From the NCBI GenBank assembly GCA_963737265.1, contig CAVTRY010000014.1:256001-320000 (forward strand): a DNA stretch of 64,000 bases, in the 5' to 3' direction. The translations under genes were made by a program, and so were the position numbers. This DNA is from an uncultured delta proteobacterium (GTDB lineage Bacteria > Myxococcota_A > Polyangia > Fen-1088). Shown here piece by piece: positions 43,307 to 52,784 of the stretch (positions are counted from its first letter, which is position 1; each line of letters opens with the position of its first letter). The notes below the pieces were generated by a model. That model had not been told where the DNA came from and made no database searches. It saw only the letters and a list, made by a program, of their open reading frames with translations.

Positions 43307-45541
43307 TTACGTGCGCGAGGATCTGCCGTGGGGTTTGCGCCAGTCCATTTTCTCCGCCCGAGTCCTTCTTTTCAAAACCAGCCCGAAGAGGAGCACGACC
43401 GCAGGACCGAGGAATTCCCGAGAATTCCGCACGGAGGTTTTCCCAGCAAGCCGGCAGCCGCAACCATTGGTAGAGGCTGTGGCTTTGTTTCCTGTGGACG
43501 AGGATGTGGTCGTGGCGCCGGCCGCGCCTCCTTGGTTCGTCGACGCACGGCCACTCGATGTCCCACCCGAAGCAGTGGCCCCACCGGTCCCTGACGAGCC
43601 GGCGCCTCCCGCACCGGTGCTCGCCGAAGTGCCACCTGTCGCCTGGGTACCGCCGCTTCCCATGACGCCGCCTGCGCCTGCACTGCCGCCAGAAGCGCCG
43701 CCCGCATTCGTGATGCCGCCCATTGCAGTGCCACTCTCGCCGCCTTTTGCCGGTACACCACCGGCTGCTGTCGTTCCGCCGGTTACCGTCGCTCCGCCGT
43801 TTGCCGTGGTGCCGCCGTTTGCCGTGGTAACGCCGTTTGCCGTGGTGCCGCCGTTTGCCGTGGTGCCGCCGTTTGCCTTCGTGCCGCCGGTTGTCTTCGT
43901 GCCGCCCGTGCCGGTCGAACCACCGGTCAAGACCGTGCCGCCGGTTCCAAGTGTGCCACCCGTGCCGGTCGAACCACCCGAACCACCCGAGCCCGAACCA
44001 GAAAATGTGTAGCCCTGGGCCTGAACCAGCTCGATTCCCTTGCCGCCCACTGGATCGAGATTGCGCGAGTATTGCTTGCTGGTGGAATTGTTCCAATGCT
44101 CGTGCACGCCCAAACTAGTCGTGACGGCTGCTCCGTCCGGTTTGTAGACCGTGCCCGAGAGAGGCTTGTTGATAAGAGCGGCCTCATGGAGGTAGTTGTC
44201 GGCGTTGGCAAGCAGTTGCCATTCGGAGCGCAGGAAATCCAGCCCAACCGAATCGAGTGCAACCGGATCCTGGGACGCGAATAGGCTTGCGGGATAGTTG
44301 CCGGAGAAAGGCGCCAAATTCCACTTTTGCGGAGGAGAATTCCACAGGTTTCCCGAGTAAAGTCCGTCGAGAAGGAACAAAACGGTCTTTTGCCCTATCT
44401 TCGTGGAGGCCATCAGATCGACCAGAGGATTGTAGCTGCCGAAATTTTGGTTCCAATCGCGTAGCTCATAGTGCAGGGCGCCACAGTTATCCGTGGAGCC
44501 ACAATGGTTCTTGAAGGTCAGCGATACGCCTGTGTTGCCGTCGCTGTCGACCCAATCGGGCTTCGGTTGACCATGACGCTTTAGGAGTGCCATGTTGACC
44601 AGGTATTTGGCGTTGACGACCTCGGTGGCGATATTCGTGCCTATCCCGCCTCCGGAGTATGAAATGGCCGCAACCGTGCCTCCGTCGTTGTAGTGAACAT
44701 TGGGAAAGTCGGCTTGGCACTCACTCTTGACGCGTCCCATGGCCGTGCGTCGCATGGAATCGTAAATCGAGATGTCCGCTTGAGCCGCGCCCACGACCTT
44801 CACGAGCTCCCAGAGCAGGGCGTGGACGGCCTGGGGAGTTGCATCGATCTGGCTCGCCGACCCGTTGTTGTTGAGATTGATCTTGATCGCGATCTTTTCC
44901 CCGACGGCGTAGGAGTTGTTGCCATTTCCTCGAGCGCTATTGAAGGACTGAAACAAGGCGTTCCAGGCATCGGCGATTGCGGGCTTGTCCGTAAGCACGG
45001 TGACGGTCTGCTCCAGCATGGCCCGCACCTTCACTTTGTCGGTGTTGGCGTCGCTCGTGTAATCTCCTCCCCCGTTGGGGTTGACGGCACTTGGGTCACG
45101 TGCCCAGGCTACGCGGCCTGGCTTGATTCCGCGGGCCACGCCAATCGGGCTATTGGCCCCGTCGGTCGGCGTGAACGGACCGACGTTTTCTGCCCGTGCG
45201 CCGAGAGACGACCAACTTGCGCCTGCCACCGCCGCGCCAAGCCCAGCCAGAAGTGCGAGCGCCGCCACCCCGTAACGTGTCTTGGACCACGCCGCGACGG
45301 CCTTGCGAAGCAAAACGGCGAGGGTCGCAGCGGTCGCGGCATAGGTCAGAAGCGCCGACGCAACGGGCGTCAGCACGCGCATGCAGGGATAGGTTGCGCG
45401 ACTCGGCTTGGTGGCGACACGCACGACGATCCAAGCCAATGCCAGAATTCCGAACAGCGTCGACAGCGTCGAGGAGAAGAAGCCATTACCGAAACTTGGG
45501 ACTATTTTGCCTGTAATTCGGCAGCGATGAATCTTGAACAT
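43307..45541 (-). CDS. DUF362-like exported protein with Gly/Thr linker and MYXO-CTERM-like tail
   Basis: IAIKINLN, VNMALLK.H, SLTFKNH, ASQDPVALD; C-terminal NGCGCRLAG, hydrophobic helix, KRRTR. Confidence 0.75.
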   Translation of the reverse strand: MFKIHRCRITGKIVPSFGNGFFSSTLSTLFGILALAWIVVRVATKPSRATYPCMRVLTPVASALLTYAATAATLAVLLRKAVAAWSKTRYGVAALALLAGLGAAVAGASWSSLGARAENVGPFTPTDGANSPIGVARGIKPGRVAWARDPSAVNPNGGGDYTSDANTDKVKVRAMLEQTVTVLTDKPAIADAWNALFQSFNSARGNGNNSYAVGEKIAIKINLNNNGSASQIDATPQAVHALLWELVKVVGAAQADISIYDSMRRTAMGRVKSECQADFPNVHYNDGGTVAAISYSGGGIGTNIATEVVNAKYLVNMALLKRHGQPKPDWVDSDGNTGVSLTFKNHCGSTDNCGALHYELRDWNQNFGSYNPLVDLMASTKIGQKTVLFLLDGLYSGNLWNSPPQKWNLAPFSGNYPASLFASQDPVALDSVGLDFLRSEWQLLANADNYLHEAALINKPLSGTVYKPDGAAVTTSLGVHEHWNNSTSKQYSRNLDPVGGKGIELVQAQGYTFSGSGSGGSGGSTGTGGTLGTGGTVLTGGSTGTGGTKTTGGTKANGGTTANGGTTANGVTTANGGTTANGGATVTGGTTAAGGVPAKGGESGTAMGGITNAGGASGGSAGAGGVMGSGGTQATGGTSASTGAGGAGSSGTGGATASGGTSSGRASTNQGGAAGATTTSSSTGNKATASTNGCGCRLAGKTSVRNSREFLGPAVVLLFGLVLKRRTRAEKMDWRKPHGRSSRT
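43790..43880. repeat. 18-bp coding tandem repeat (GGTTAN units)
   Basis: CCGCCGTTTGCCGTGGTG repeated about 4-5 times. Confidence 0.85.
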
Positions 45542-45803
45542 GGGTCGCTCCTTTGGCATCCGCCGCGCGCACCCTACCCCAAATGTCGCGATGATCGTGA
45601 GAGCTTCAAGGTAGGCCGCAGAACCGGCTGCCGCGGCTCGGGCAACCGCGCCACGGAGCTGCTGGGGCATGGGGCGGAAAAACCAGCCAACCGCGCCCGT
45701 GTATAAAGCGGGTTCGAGCAGGTGGGCGCGGCCGACAAGGACCAGCGAACGACTCCATGCCCGGTCGCGTGCTTTCGATTCGCGCGCGGTGGCTATCGAC
45801 GTG

Positions 45804-46803
45804 TCAGCCGTCGGGAGTCACTTGGGTTTTTGCCAGGCCCTTTCCTCCGCCCGAGAGCGCGATGCCGAGATGCGAGGCCACGACCAGCCCAGCGAGCGTC
45901 ACCGGAATGACCTGGACGGCGTGATAGGTGAGGGCGAAGGCCAGCGCCGGACCCTTGGCGATTCCAGCCAGGGTCAGAACCACCACCGTGGCACCCTCGA
46001 AGGGTCCGGTGCTGGCCGGGGCGGACGGGACCGCGATGGCGAGGTTGATTCCGAGCAGGACGACCGGCGCCAGCGCAAGCCCGACGGGAATGCCGAGCGA
46101 GCGAGCGCACAGCGCAACCATAACCATCTCGCAGGCCCAGGCAAGTAGGGAAAGCGCCAGGACGGAAGACAGCGTGCCCGGCTCGCGCAGAGTCTTCACA
46201 CCCAGGGCGAATCGCTCGCCGAGCGCACGCACGCGCGCTGCGAGGCTGCCCCTAGATTGCTGGACGTCCGCCTCCACGCGCCCCATCCGCTCCTTGTGTC
46301 TAGTTGAAAGCCACAAGACCACGAGCAGTGCCACCCCAACCGCCAGCACGATGGGCGCCGCGTACTCCGCCCATCGCTGCGACGGAATGAACCAAGCGAC
46401 CACCGTGACCAGCGCGGCGAGCGAGAGCAGAATCGACCAGTTTCTCGACGATAGTCACCCCCATCGCTGCGGCTTTGCTGATTCCAGCGTTGCGCGAGAG
46501 CATCCACAGCCGCGCCACGTCTCCGCCGCGCAGGGGCGCGACGTTGTTGATGGCGGACGAGGTCAGCAAGGCCAGGAAGCAGAAACCAAACGACGCTCGT
46601 CGCGGCCCGAGCAGTAAGCGCAGCCGAATCGCCTTGACCGCCATCATGCAGGCGTTTGCCGCAACGACCAGCGAGAGCAGAACGCCATCAACGTTGCGCA
46701 GGCTCTCCACGACCTCTCGCCATCGCACGCCCCAGACGACGAAGGCGCCCGTCAGCGAAACCGCGACCACTCGCAGGGCGACGCTGGCGAAGCGCTTGGG
46801 CAT
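45804..46803 (-). CDS. Lysylphosphatidylglycerol synthase TM / flippase-like (UPF0104), frameshift near 46430
   Basis: KAIRLRLLL, NNVAPLRGGDVAR, VEK, VPSAPASTGPFE. Confidence 0.8.
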
Positions 46804-46825
46804 GGTTGTTGTACTTTGGCCCCAG

Positions 46826-47707
46826 TTAGACGAATTTCGGCGGTGCTGCGTGGCCCAAGCCGGATGCCGCATTCGATGGAACCGGAGTCGGGGTCGACTC
46901 GACGGACATTCGAGCCGAAGCGTTGCTGCCCGCGCGACGAAGCTGTCGCATGGTCCAGGTCATCCTCGACACGGCGGTGACAGTATTGAGGACGGCCAGA
47001 ATGCACAGCGCGCCCGCCGCCACGGCGTAGAACGGATGAGGCACGAACCCCTCGGCGCGATGCCCGAAGAATGGCGAGACCGCCAGTGCAGTTCCGAGGA
47101 TCACAATCCGGTCAGCTCGCTGCACAAGCCCCTCGGCGCCCGACACGCCGAGCGATTCTCCGCGCGACCGCGAATAGCTAACGGTGAATGCCATGACGAG
47201 AACGATCAGAGCGACGTACATCATAGGGGTGCTTGCGTAGTAGACGGCGCAGCCGCCGAAAACCAAACCATCACTGATGCGGTCGATTGTCGAGTCGAAA
47301 AAGGCACCAGCGGGACTCGCCAGCTTTTTGGTGCGCGCCAGTTGTCCGTCGACGATGTCGAGGGTGGAGCCGCCGATGAGCAGCGCCGAGGCCAGCGCGA
47401 AGTGGCCCGTGGCAATGGCCACAGCGGTCACCGCTGCCGCCAGCAGCGAGGCCGTCGTGACGGCGTTCGGTGACAGCGAGGTCCGAGCCACCAGACGGAA
47501 CAGCGGTGCAAGCAACCAGTAATAAAAACCAATAAACAAGGGCCCGAGGAGGCGCCGGCCCGCGCCCTTGCGCTTGCCTGGCGGCAGCGTTACGGAGCCA
47601 ATGGATACCAGTCCCAGATACGCTAGGAAGGGCAGAAAGAAGAAGGCGACGAACCCCACCATGTAAATGAGATCCGCCCCGCTGGCGCCGAGCTTTGCAT
47701 CGATCAT
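46826..47707 (-). CDS. CDP-alcohol phosphatidyltransferase (PI/PIP synthase-like)
   Basis: SPNAVT, DIVDGQLAR...GAFFDSTIDRISD, VSYSRSRGE, G...RADR. Confidence 0.92.
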   Translation of the reverse strand: MIDAKLGASGADLIYMVGFVAFFFLPFLAYLGLVSIGSVTLPPGKRKGAGRRLLGPLFIGFYYWLLAPLFRLVARTSLSPNAVTTASLLAAAVTAVAIATGHFALASALLIGGSTLDIVDGQLARTKKLASPAGAFFDSTIDRISDGLVFGGCAVYYASTPMMYVALIVLVMAFTVSYSRSRGESLGVSGAEGLVQRADRIVILGTALAVSPFFGHRAEGFVPHPFYAVAAGALCILAVLNTVTAVSRMTWTMRQLRRAGSNASARMSVESTPTPVPSNAASGLGHAAPPKFV

Positions 47708-47919
47708 GTTGCTTTCCTTATAGGATGGTGGCGCGTGCGATCGGTTCCAGGATTGCGTGAGCGACGTGGAACGAGCCAAAGACGTTCGGTCACAACCACG
47801 TAGACGATCTTGCCGTAGGCAGCGACGGTGCGTGGCCCGAGCCGGAGCAAGAGCGAAAATCGCATGCGTTGTCGCCGGGTCCAGCGCACAATGACCGTGA
47901 ACATCATGGCTCGGTCTTT

Positions 47920-47935
47920 TGCAAGACGCGAGCCC
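47920..47935 (-). promoter_or_regulatory. Candidate sigma54 (-24/-12) promoter
   Basis: GGGCTCGCGTCTTGCA, i.e. GG-N10-GC, about 210 bp upstream of the phosphatidyltransferase. Confidence 0.4.
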
Positions 47936-48109
47936 AGCAGTTGCGCGTTCAGGATGCTTGCCGCTGCCACTCGGCAGGTCCTCCAAAGTCGCCGAGAATT
48001 GCCGGCGTTTCGCAGGCGAGCGGCCGCGCTTCCCGACGGGCAGATGAGGACGGGAGGTGTCCGATCTCTAACACCTGCCGGAAACTGTCAAAGTCTCAAC
48101 AGCCCCAGC

Positions 48110-50677
48110 TTAGGTGCCGTCGCGCGATGAGGTCAGCTTTCGCACGCGAGGAAGCAGCGGAACGAGGAGCAGCGCCGCAAGAAGGCTACCAGCCTCACCC
48201 AGGTCGGCGAGTTTTCCGAACGATCGCAGCGCGCCGTTCGAGGCGATGAGGAGCGAGCTGTAGCCGATGATGGTGGTCGTGGAGCAGAGCACGACGGCGC
48301 TGCCGGTCTCGGCCAGGGCGCGCGCGCGTTGCGAGGCGGGCTCCTTCGCGAGACGCGCAAATACGTTGACGGCATAGTCGACGCCGATGCCGAGCGTAAT
48401 AGGCAACGCCACGAAGTTGAGGAAGTTGAGCCTCAGATCCAAGGCGGCGCCGGCTCCGCCCATCCAGACCACGCCCACCGCCAGCGACAGCAACACCAAC
48501 AGCGCGCCGCGCGTCTGACGAAACAACAGGACGACCATGAGCACGACGCCCACCAGCGCGGCCAGCGTGGCAATCGGGCCGTCGTGCGCGATTGAGCGCA
48601 GCATCGCCGCGAACAGCGACGAGTGTCCCGCGGCGTTGACCACACTGCCGTCGGGCAAGCGCACGTTGGTGATGACGTCCGCGAGGCGAATCAGGTTGTG
48701 ACCGTCCCAGTTGGCCCACACTCGGATTGGGAAAAGCAAAGCGACGCGTCCCACGGTCCCGTCGAGCTCGCGAAACGGGCGCACAAGTGATTCGGGTACG
48801 TCGCGGAGGGACAGCTTGCGCAGATCTTGAGGCGGCGCCCACGCGTCGACCTCGCGCTTCTGGTCGTCCGACAGCGCGTTCATGGCCGGATCTTCAAGGC
48901 GCTTGCGGATGCTGGCGATGACGGCGAGCTTTTCGTCCTGATCCTTGGGCAGGTAGTCGTAGGCGGTCGCCACCGTCGAGAGCAACCCTCCGGTCGGCTC
49001 GCCCGCGGCCACGCGCCGCGCGCACTCGGACCCGTCCGCCGCGTTTCCTGCGCCCTGGCGCGCCCGTGCGAGCGCATCCATGCAGTCCTTCTCCAGCAGG
49101 GCCTTGCGGAAGGGGAGCGCGTCCTCGGCCTTCGGCAAGAGAGCGACACCCACGGGTGAAAGATCGCGCGGGAAGATCCCGCCGACGCGGACGTAGAGAT
49201 CGCCGGTGCCGTGCTTGCGGCTGCTCTGATTGCGCAACTTCGAGAAGTCGTATTCGAAGGGACTGCGGATCACGCGTGCCAGCGACAAGCCGGCGAGCAG
49301 CGTCGCCACGGCCGCCACGCCGGCTAGCAGCCGGTGGCGCGACAGTAAGCCGGCCGCGAAACGTGTAAGCGCGCCGCTCGATGCCGCGTGTCCGAACGAA
49401 GGTCGCTTAAAGAGGCGTTCGCGCAAGTGGATCAGCACCGGACAGTAGGTGTAGGTCACCAGCCAACAGAGGATCATTCCGATCCCGCCGACCTCGCCAA
49501 ATTGCTGGAAGCCGCGGAATCGGGTCAGCGCCAAGCTACCGTAGGCGATGCTGGCCGCCAGGGCCGCGGCCAAGGTCGGCTTGGCCGTCGCCGTCAGCGC
49601 GAGCGCCAGCACGTCCTTGATGTCCTCGTCGGGCCGGCCGAGACGCTCCTCGCGAAAACGCGCCAGCAAGATGATGCCGAAGTTGATCCCGTTTCCCAAA
49701 ATGATGGAACCCAGGAAGGCGGTGTTGGTGTTGAGGTAGCCGATGGTGAGAGCTGTGATGGCAAAGGCGACAGCGACACCGAGCAGGGTGGGGAAGAAGA
49801 TATATGCGAGCGAGAAAGCGCTGCGGTAGTAGAGCACGATCACCAGGAGAACCAGGACGGTGCAGACGGAAGACACGGTCGCAATGTCGGACTTGAGAGC
49901 GTCGTGCTCGGCGATAGCGCTCGCCACGTCCCCCGTGATCTGCGCGCTGACCTGCCCGAAGGCCGCCGGGCGGGTGGCATCGATAGTTCGCTGCACGTCG
50001 GTGAAGATGCGAAAGCCCGAAAGGTCGCCGGTCCCCGACGACATCGTCCAGGTCACGATGGCAAGCAGCCTACGATCCTGGCTCTCGTAGTAGCCGCTTG
50101 GAAACTTTATCGCTGCGTCCTTGCGTTTTTCGAGATCTCGCTTGAGCCGCTTGAGGTCCGCGTCGGGGTCGTCGTCCACCTCGCCCTTGCCTGCGTCGGC
50201 GAAGGCGAGGAAGGCCGGGTTCTTTTTCGAGACCAAGAGCTTGTGGAGGTCGTCGTCGATGCGCTGCAGATCGACGAGATCGGCGTAGAGCGCCTTGTTG
50301 TGGTCGAAAAATGGCCGAGCGGCGTCGGGGCGATAATCGATGGAACGCAGGTCGGTGCCGATGAGCGGCTGCAAGTTCTTGACCAGAGCTTCGGCGAACC
50401 GCTCGTTGGCCTTGGCGTCGGGCCCTTCAACCGCGATGACCAAGGTCGAGGGCGCACCCACCCGATCGCCGATCTGTTGCAGGCGCACGATTTCGGGATC
50501 GTCCTGCGGCAGTAGCTCGGCGAAATCGGAACGAAGCTCGAGGTGCGAGGCCGCGAGGATCGACAGGCCGAAAAGTACGAAGGCAGCGACGGCAATCGCG
50601 AGGTCGTGGCGTGCGAGGATACCGACGAATCGGCGCACGAAGCGCGAGGGTGGTGGCTGGGTGGTCTTGATGGTCAT
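48110..50677 (-). CDS. MMPL/RND family lipid transporter
   Basis: Two RND halves; GNGINFGI, GIGVDY, STTTIIGYSSL. Confidence 0.9.
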   Translation of the reverse strand: MTIKTTQPPPSRFVRRFVGILARHDLAIAVAAFVLFGLSILAASHLELRSDFAELLPQDDPEIVRLQQIGDRVGAPSTLVIAVEGPDAKANERFAEALVKNLQPLIGTDLRSIDYRPDAARPFFDHNKALYADLVDLQRIDDDLHKLLVSKKNPAFLAFADAGKGEVDDDPDADLKRLKRDLEKRKDAAIKFPSGYYESQDRRLLAIVTWTMSSGTGDLSGFRIFTDVQRTIDATRPAAFGQVSAQITGDVASAIAEHDALKSDIATVSSVCTVLVLLVIVLYYRSAFSLAYIFFPTLLGVAVAFAITALTIGYLNTNTAFLGSIILGNGINFGIILLARFREERLGRPDEDIKDVLALALTATAKPTLAAALAASIAYGSLALTRFRGFQQFGEVGGIGMILCWLVTYTYCPVLIHLRERLFKRPSFGHAASSGALTRFAAGLLSRHRLLAGVAAVATLLAGLSLARVIRSPFEYDFSKLRNQSSRKHGTGDLYVRVGGIFPRDLSPVGVALLPKAEDALPFRKALLEKDCMDALARARQGAGNAADGSECARRVAAGEPTGGLLSTVATAYDYLPKDQDEKLAVIASIRKRLEDPAMNALSDDQKREVDAWAPPQDLRKLSLRDVPESLVRPFRELDGTVGRVALLFPIRVWANWDGHNLIRLADVITNVRLPDGSVVNAAGHSSLFAAMLRSIAHDGPIATLAALVGVVLMVVLLFRQTRGALLVLLSLAVGVVWMGGAGAALDLRLNFLNFVALPITLGIGVDYAVNVFARLAKEPASQRARALAETGSAVVLCSTTTIIGYSSLLIASNGALRSFGKLADLGEAGSLLAALLLVPLLPRVRKLTSSRDGT

Positions 50678-50707
50678 GCGCGGCTACTCTAGCAGCGACG
50701 GGTGTTT

Positions 50708-50767
50708 TGGCGTCAGTCCCGTCGCTCGAACACCCTGACGCCAGCAACGTTCCCGATCGGCCGATAG
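50708..50767. repeat. 60-bp imperfect direct repeat copy 1 (duplicate of the GT-C gene 3' end)
   Basis: 57/60 identical to 55802-55861; encodes YRPIGNVAGVRVFERRD*. Confidence 0.92.
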
Positions 50768-50977
50768 GCGTGGATTGTGTTGGCCACGCGGATGCCCACG
50801 CAGCGTCCGGGCGGTAGGTCGACCCGAAATACGATGTCGGCTGACATGACAGAGAATGCGTGACTGACGTGAGTTGCGAGCGACTGGATTCGAGGGTATC
50901 TCGAGACCGCCCGCCGCGCGGGCTTCGCCCCGCAGCCCAAGGCTTCAGGCTTCAGGCTCCGGGCTCCAGGCCTCAGG

Positions 50978-51680
50978 GCCTCCCCGTCCGAGGGTGCTTT
51001 TTCAGCCTCCCTGTCCGAGGGTACTTTTCGGCCTGGTGCTTTTTCGAGGGTACTTTTCGGCCTCCCTGTCCGAGGGTACTTTTTGGGCCTCCCTGTCTGA
51101 AATCCTGAAATCCCGTCCGAGGGTACTTTTTCTCGGAAATCCCGTCCGCGGAAATCCCGTCCGAGGGTACTGAAATCCAAGCTGGCCTAGCTGGCCTCTG
51201 GCCTAGCTGAAATCCCGTCCGAGGGTACTTTTTCTCGGAAATCCCGTCCGCGGAAATCCCGTCCGAGGGTACTGAAATCCAAGCTGGCCTAGCTGGCCTC
51301 TGGCCTAGCTGGCCTTAGCTGGCCGGCCTCCCTGTCCGAGGGTACTCCTGGCCTCCTCTGGCCTCCTCTGGCCTTCTGGCCTCCCTGTCCGAGGGTACTT
51401 TTGGAAATCCCGTCCGAGGGTACTTTTGGAAATCCCGTCCGAGGGTACTTTTTGAAGCTCGCAGGAAATCCCGTCCGAGGGTACTTTTTCGTCGGAAATC
51501 CCGTCCGAGGGTACTTTTTCTCGGAAATCCCGTCCGCGGAAATCCCATGCATGACCCTCCCTCGCCAGGTCGCAGCAGGAAATTCGGAAATCCCGAAATC
51601 CCGTCCGAGGGTACTTTTTCTCGGAAATCCCGTCGGAAATCCCGTCCCGTCGGAAATCCCGTCCGAGGGTACTTTCCCTC
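50978..51680. repeat. Mosaic array of about 15 same-orientation CCCGTCCGAGGGTACTTT (REP-like) units
   Basis: Core GTCCGAGGGT at about 50986, 51013, 51068, 51115, 51159, 51217, 51261, 51334, 51387, 51412, 51437, 51473, 51503, 51603, 51661; intervening sequence built from GGAAATCCC, GGCCT and CTGGCCTAG pieces. Confidence 0.95.
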
Positions 51681-51714
51681 GCAACTTTCTGCTGCCGTTT
51701 CCGAGAACCCATGC

Positions 51715-52665
51715 ATGACCCTCCCTCGCCAGGTCGTGCCCGGCCGTGACTACATGATTACCCGCCGCTGTTCCGAGCGGCGCTTCTTCCTGCGCCCGGA
51801 TGAAGACACCAACAATGCCTTCATCTACTGCCTGGCCTTGGCCGCCAGGCGGGCCAAGGTGGAGGTCACCTTCTCGGTGGCTCTCTCGAACCACCACCAC
51901 ACCGGCATCCACGACCCCGATGGCAACTTCCCCGTCTTCATCGAACATTTTCACGGCCTACTCGCTCGCTGCCAAAACGCCTATCTTGGCCGCTACGAAG
52001 GCTTCTGGTCATCGGAGCCGACCTCCGTCGTTCATCTGGTCGAGCCCAACGACATCCTCGACAAGATGACCTACGCTTTCACCAATCCGACCGCCGCGGA
52101 TCTGGTCGACACCGTCGAGGAATGGCCTGGCGTCGCCACGTTCCAGGCCACCATTTCGGGCGGCCAACTCACCGCGACGCGGCCGAAGCATTTCTTTCGC
52201 GACGACGGCGACTTGCCCGAAATCGCCAGCCTACCCATCGCGCGGCCACGGGGCTATCAGCACCTCGATCAGCGCGAATGGGCCAGCCTCGTTACCGAAA
52301 GCGTTCGCGCCGAGGAAGCAGACCATCGCCAACGGCGGGTCGCCAAGGGCATCACCGTGCTCGGACGGGACCGAATCCTAGAGCGGAATCCTTTTCACTG
52401 TCCACAGAGCCATGCACCACGATTTCAGATGAGCCCGCGCGTGGCCGCGAAGAACAAGTGGGCGCGTATTGAGGCGCTCCTGCGCAACCGAGGCTTCATT
52501 GAGAAATACCGGGATGCCTTCCTGGGTCACATGGCTGGTTTGGCGAACATCGTATTTCCCTTCGGCACCTACTGGATGCGCAAGTTCGGCAAGGTCGCCT
52601 GCGATGCCGCCGAAGCTGTCGAGCAAGCGATCCTCCGCCCGCCCTTTGGTCCTGTCGCCGTGTAG
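51715..52665 (+). CDS. HUH/Y1 tyrosine transposase (RAYT/IS200-like)
   Basis: MTLPRQVVPG..YMITRRC..R.F.L, SNHHH (HUH), FW, Y..TNP.AA.LV...W; the upstream in-frame extension is repeat-derived. Confidence 0.82.
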   Translation: MTLPRQVVPGRDYMITRRCSERRFFLRPDEDTNNAFIYCLALAARRAKVEVTFSVALSNHHHTGIHDPDGNFPVFIEHFHGLLARCQNAYLGRYEGFWSSEPTSVVHLVEPNDILDKMTYAFTNPTAADLVDTVEEWPGVATFQATISGGQLTATRPKHFFRDDGDLPEIASLPIARPRGYQHLDQREWASLVTESVRAEEADHRQRRVAKGITVLGRDRILERNPFHCPQSHAPRFQMSPRVAAKNKWARIEALLRNRGFIEKYRDAFLGHMAGLANIVFPFGTYWMRKFGKVACDAAEAVEQAILRPPFGPVAV

Positions 52666-52784
52666 CTGGCGCCTTCCATCAATTGAAGATCGCGGTCCGC
52701 CCCCAAGTCCCGTCCGGGGGTACTTTAACCCCAAGAATCCCCATAAAATCCTAAAATCCCCTAAAATCCTAAAAATCCCCATCG

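Noticed and set aside
50939-50977. GGCTTCA/GGCTCC heptamer run (similar at about 10421-10437)
   Set aside because: Short and degenerate with no associated gene; no function can be supported
50978-51680. CRISPR array
   Set aside because: Spacing is irregular, linkers are recycled repeat fragments rather than unique spacers, and there are no cas genes in the window
50713-51954. Repetitive ORFs (KYPRTG / KVPSDG / KSTLGR) across the array
   Set aside because: All frames are open simply because the repeat unit lacks stops; there is no independent coding evidence
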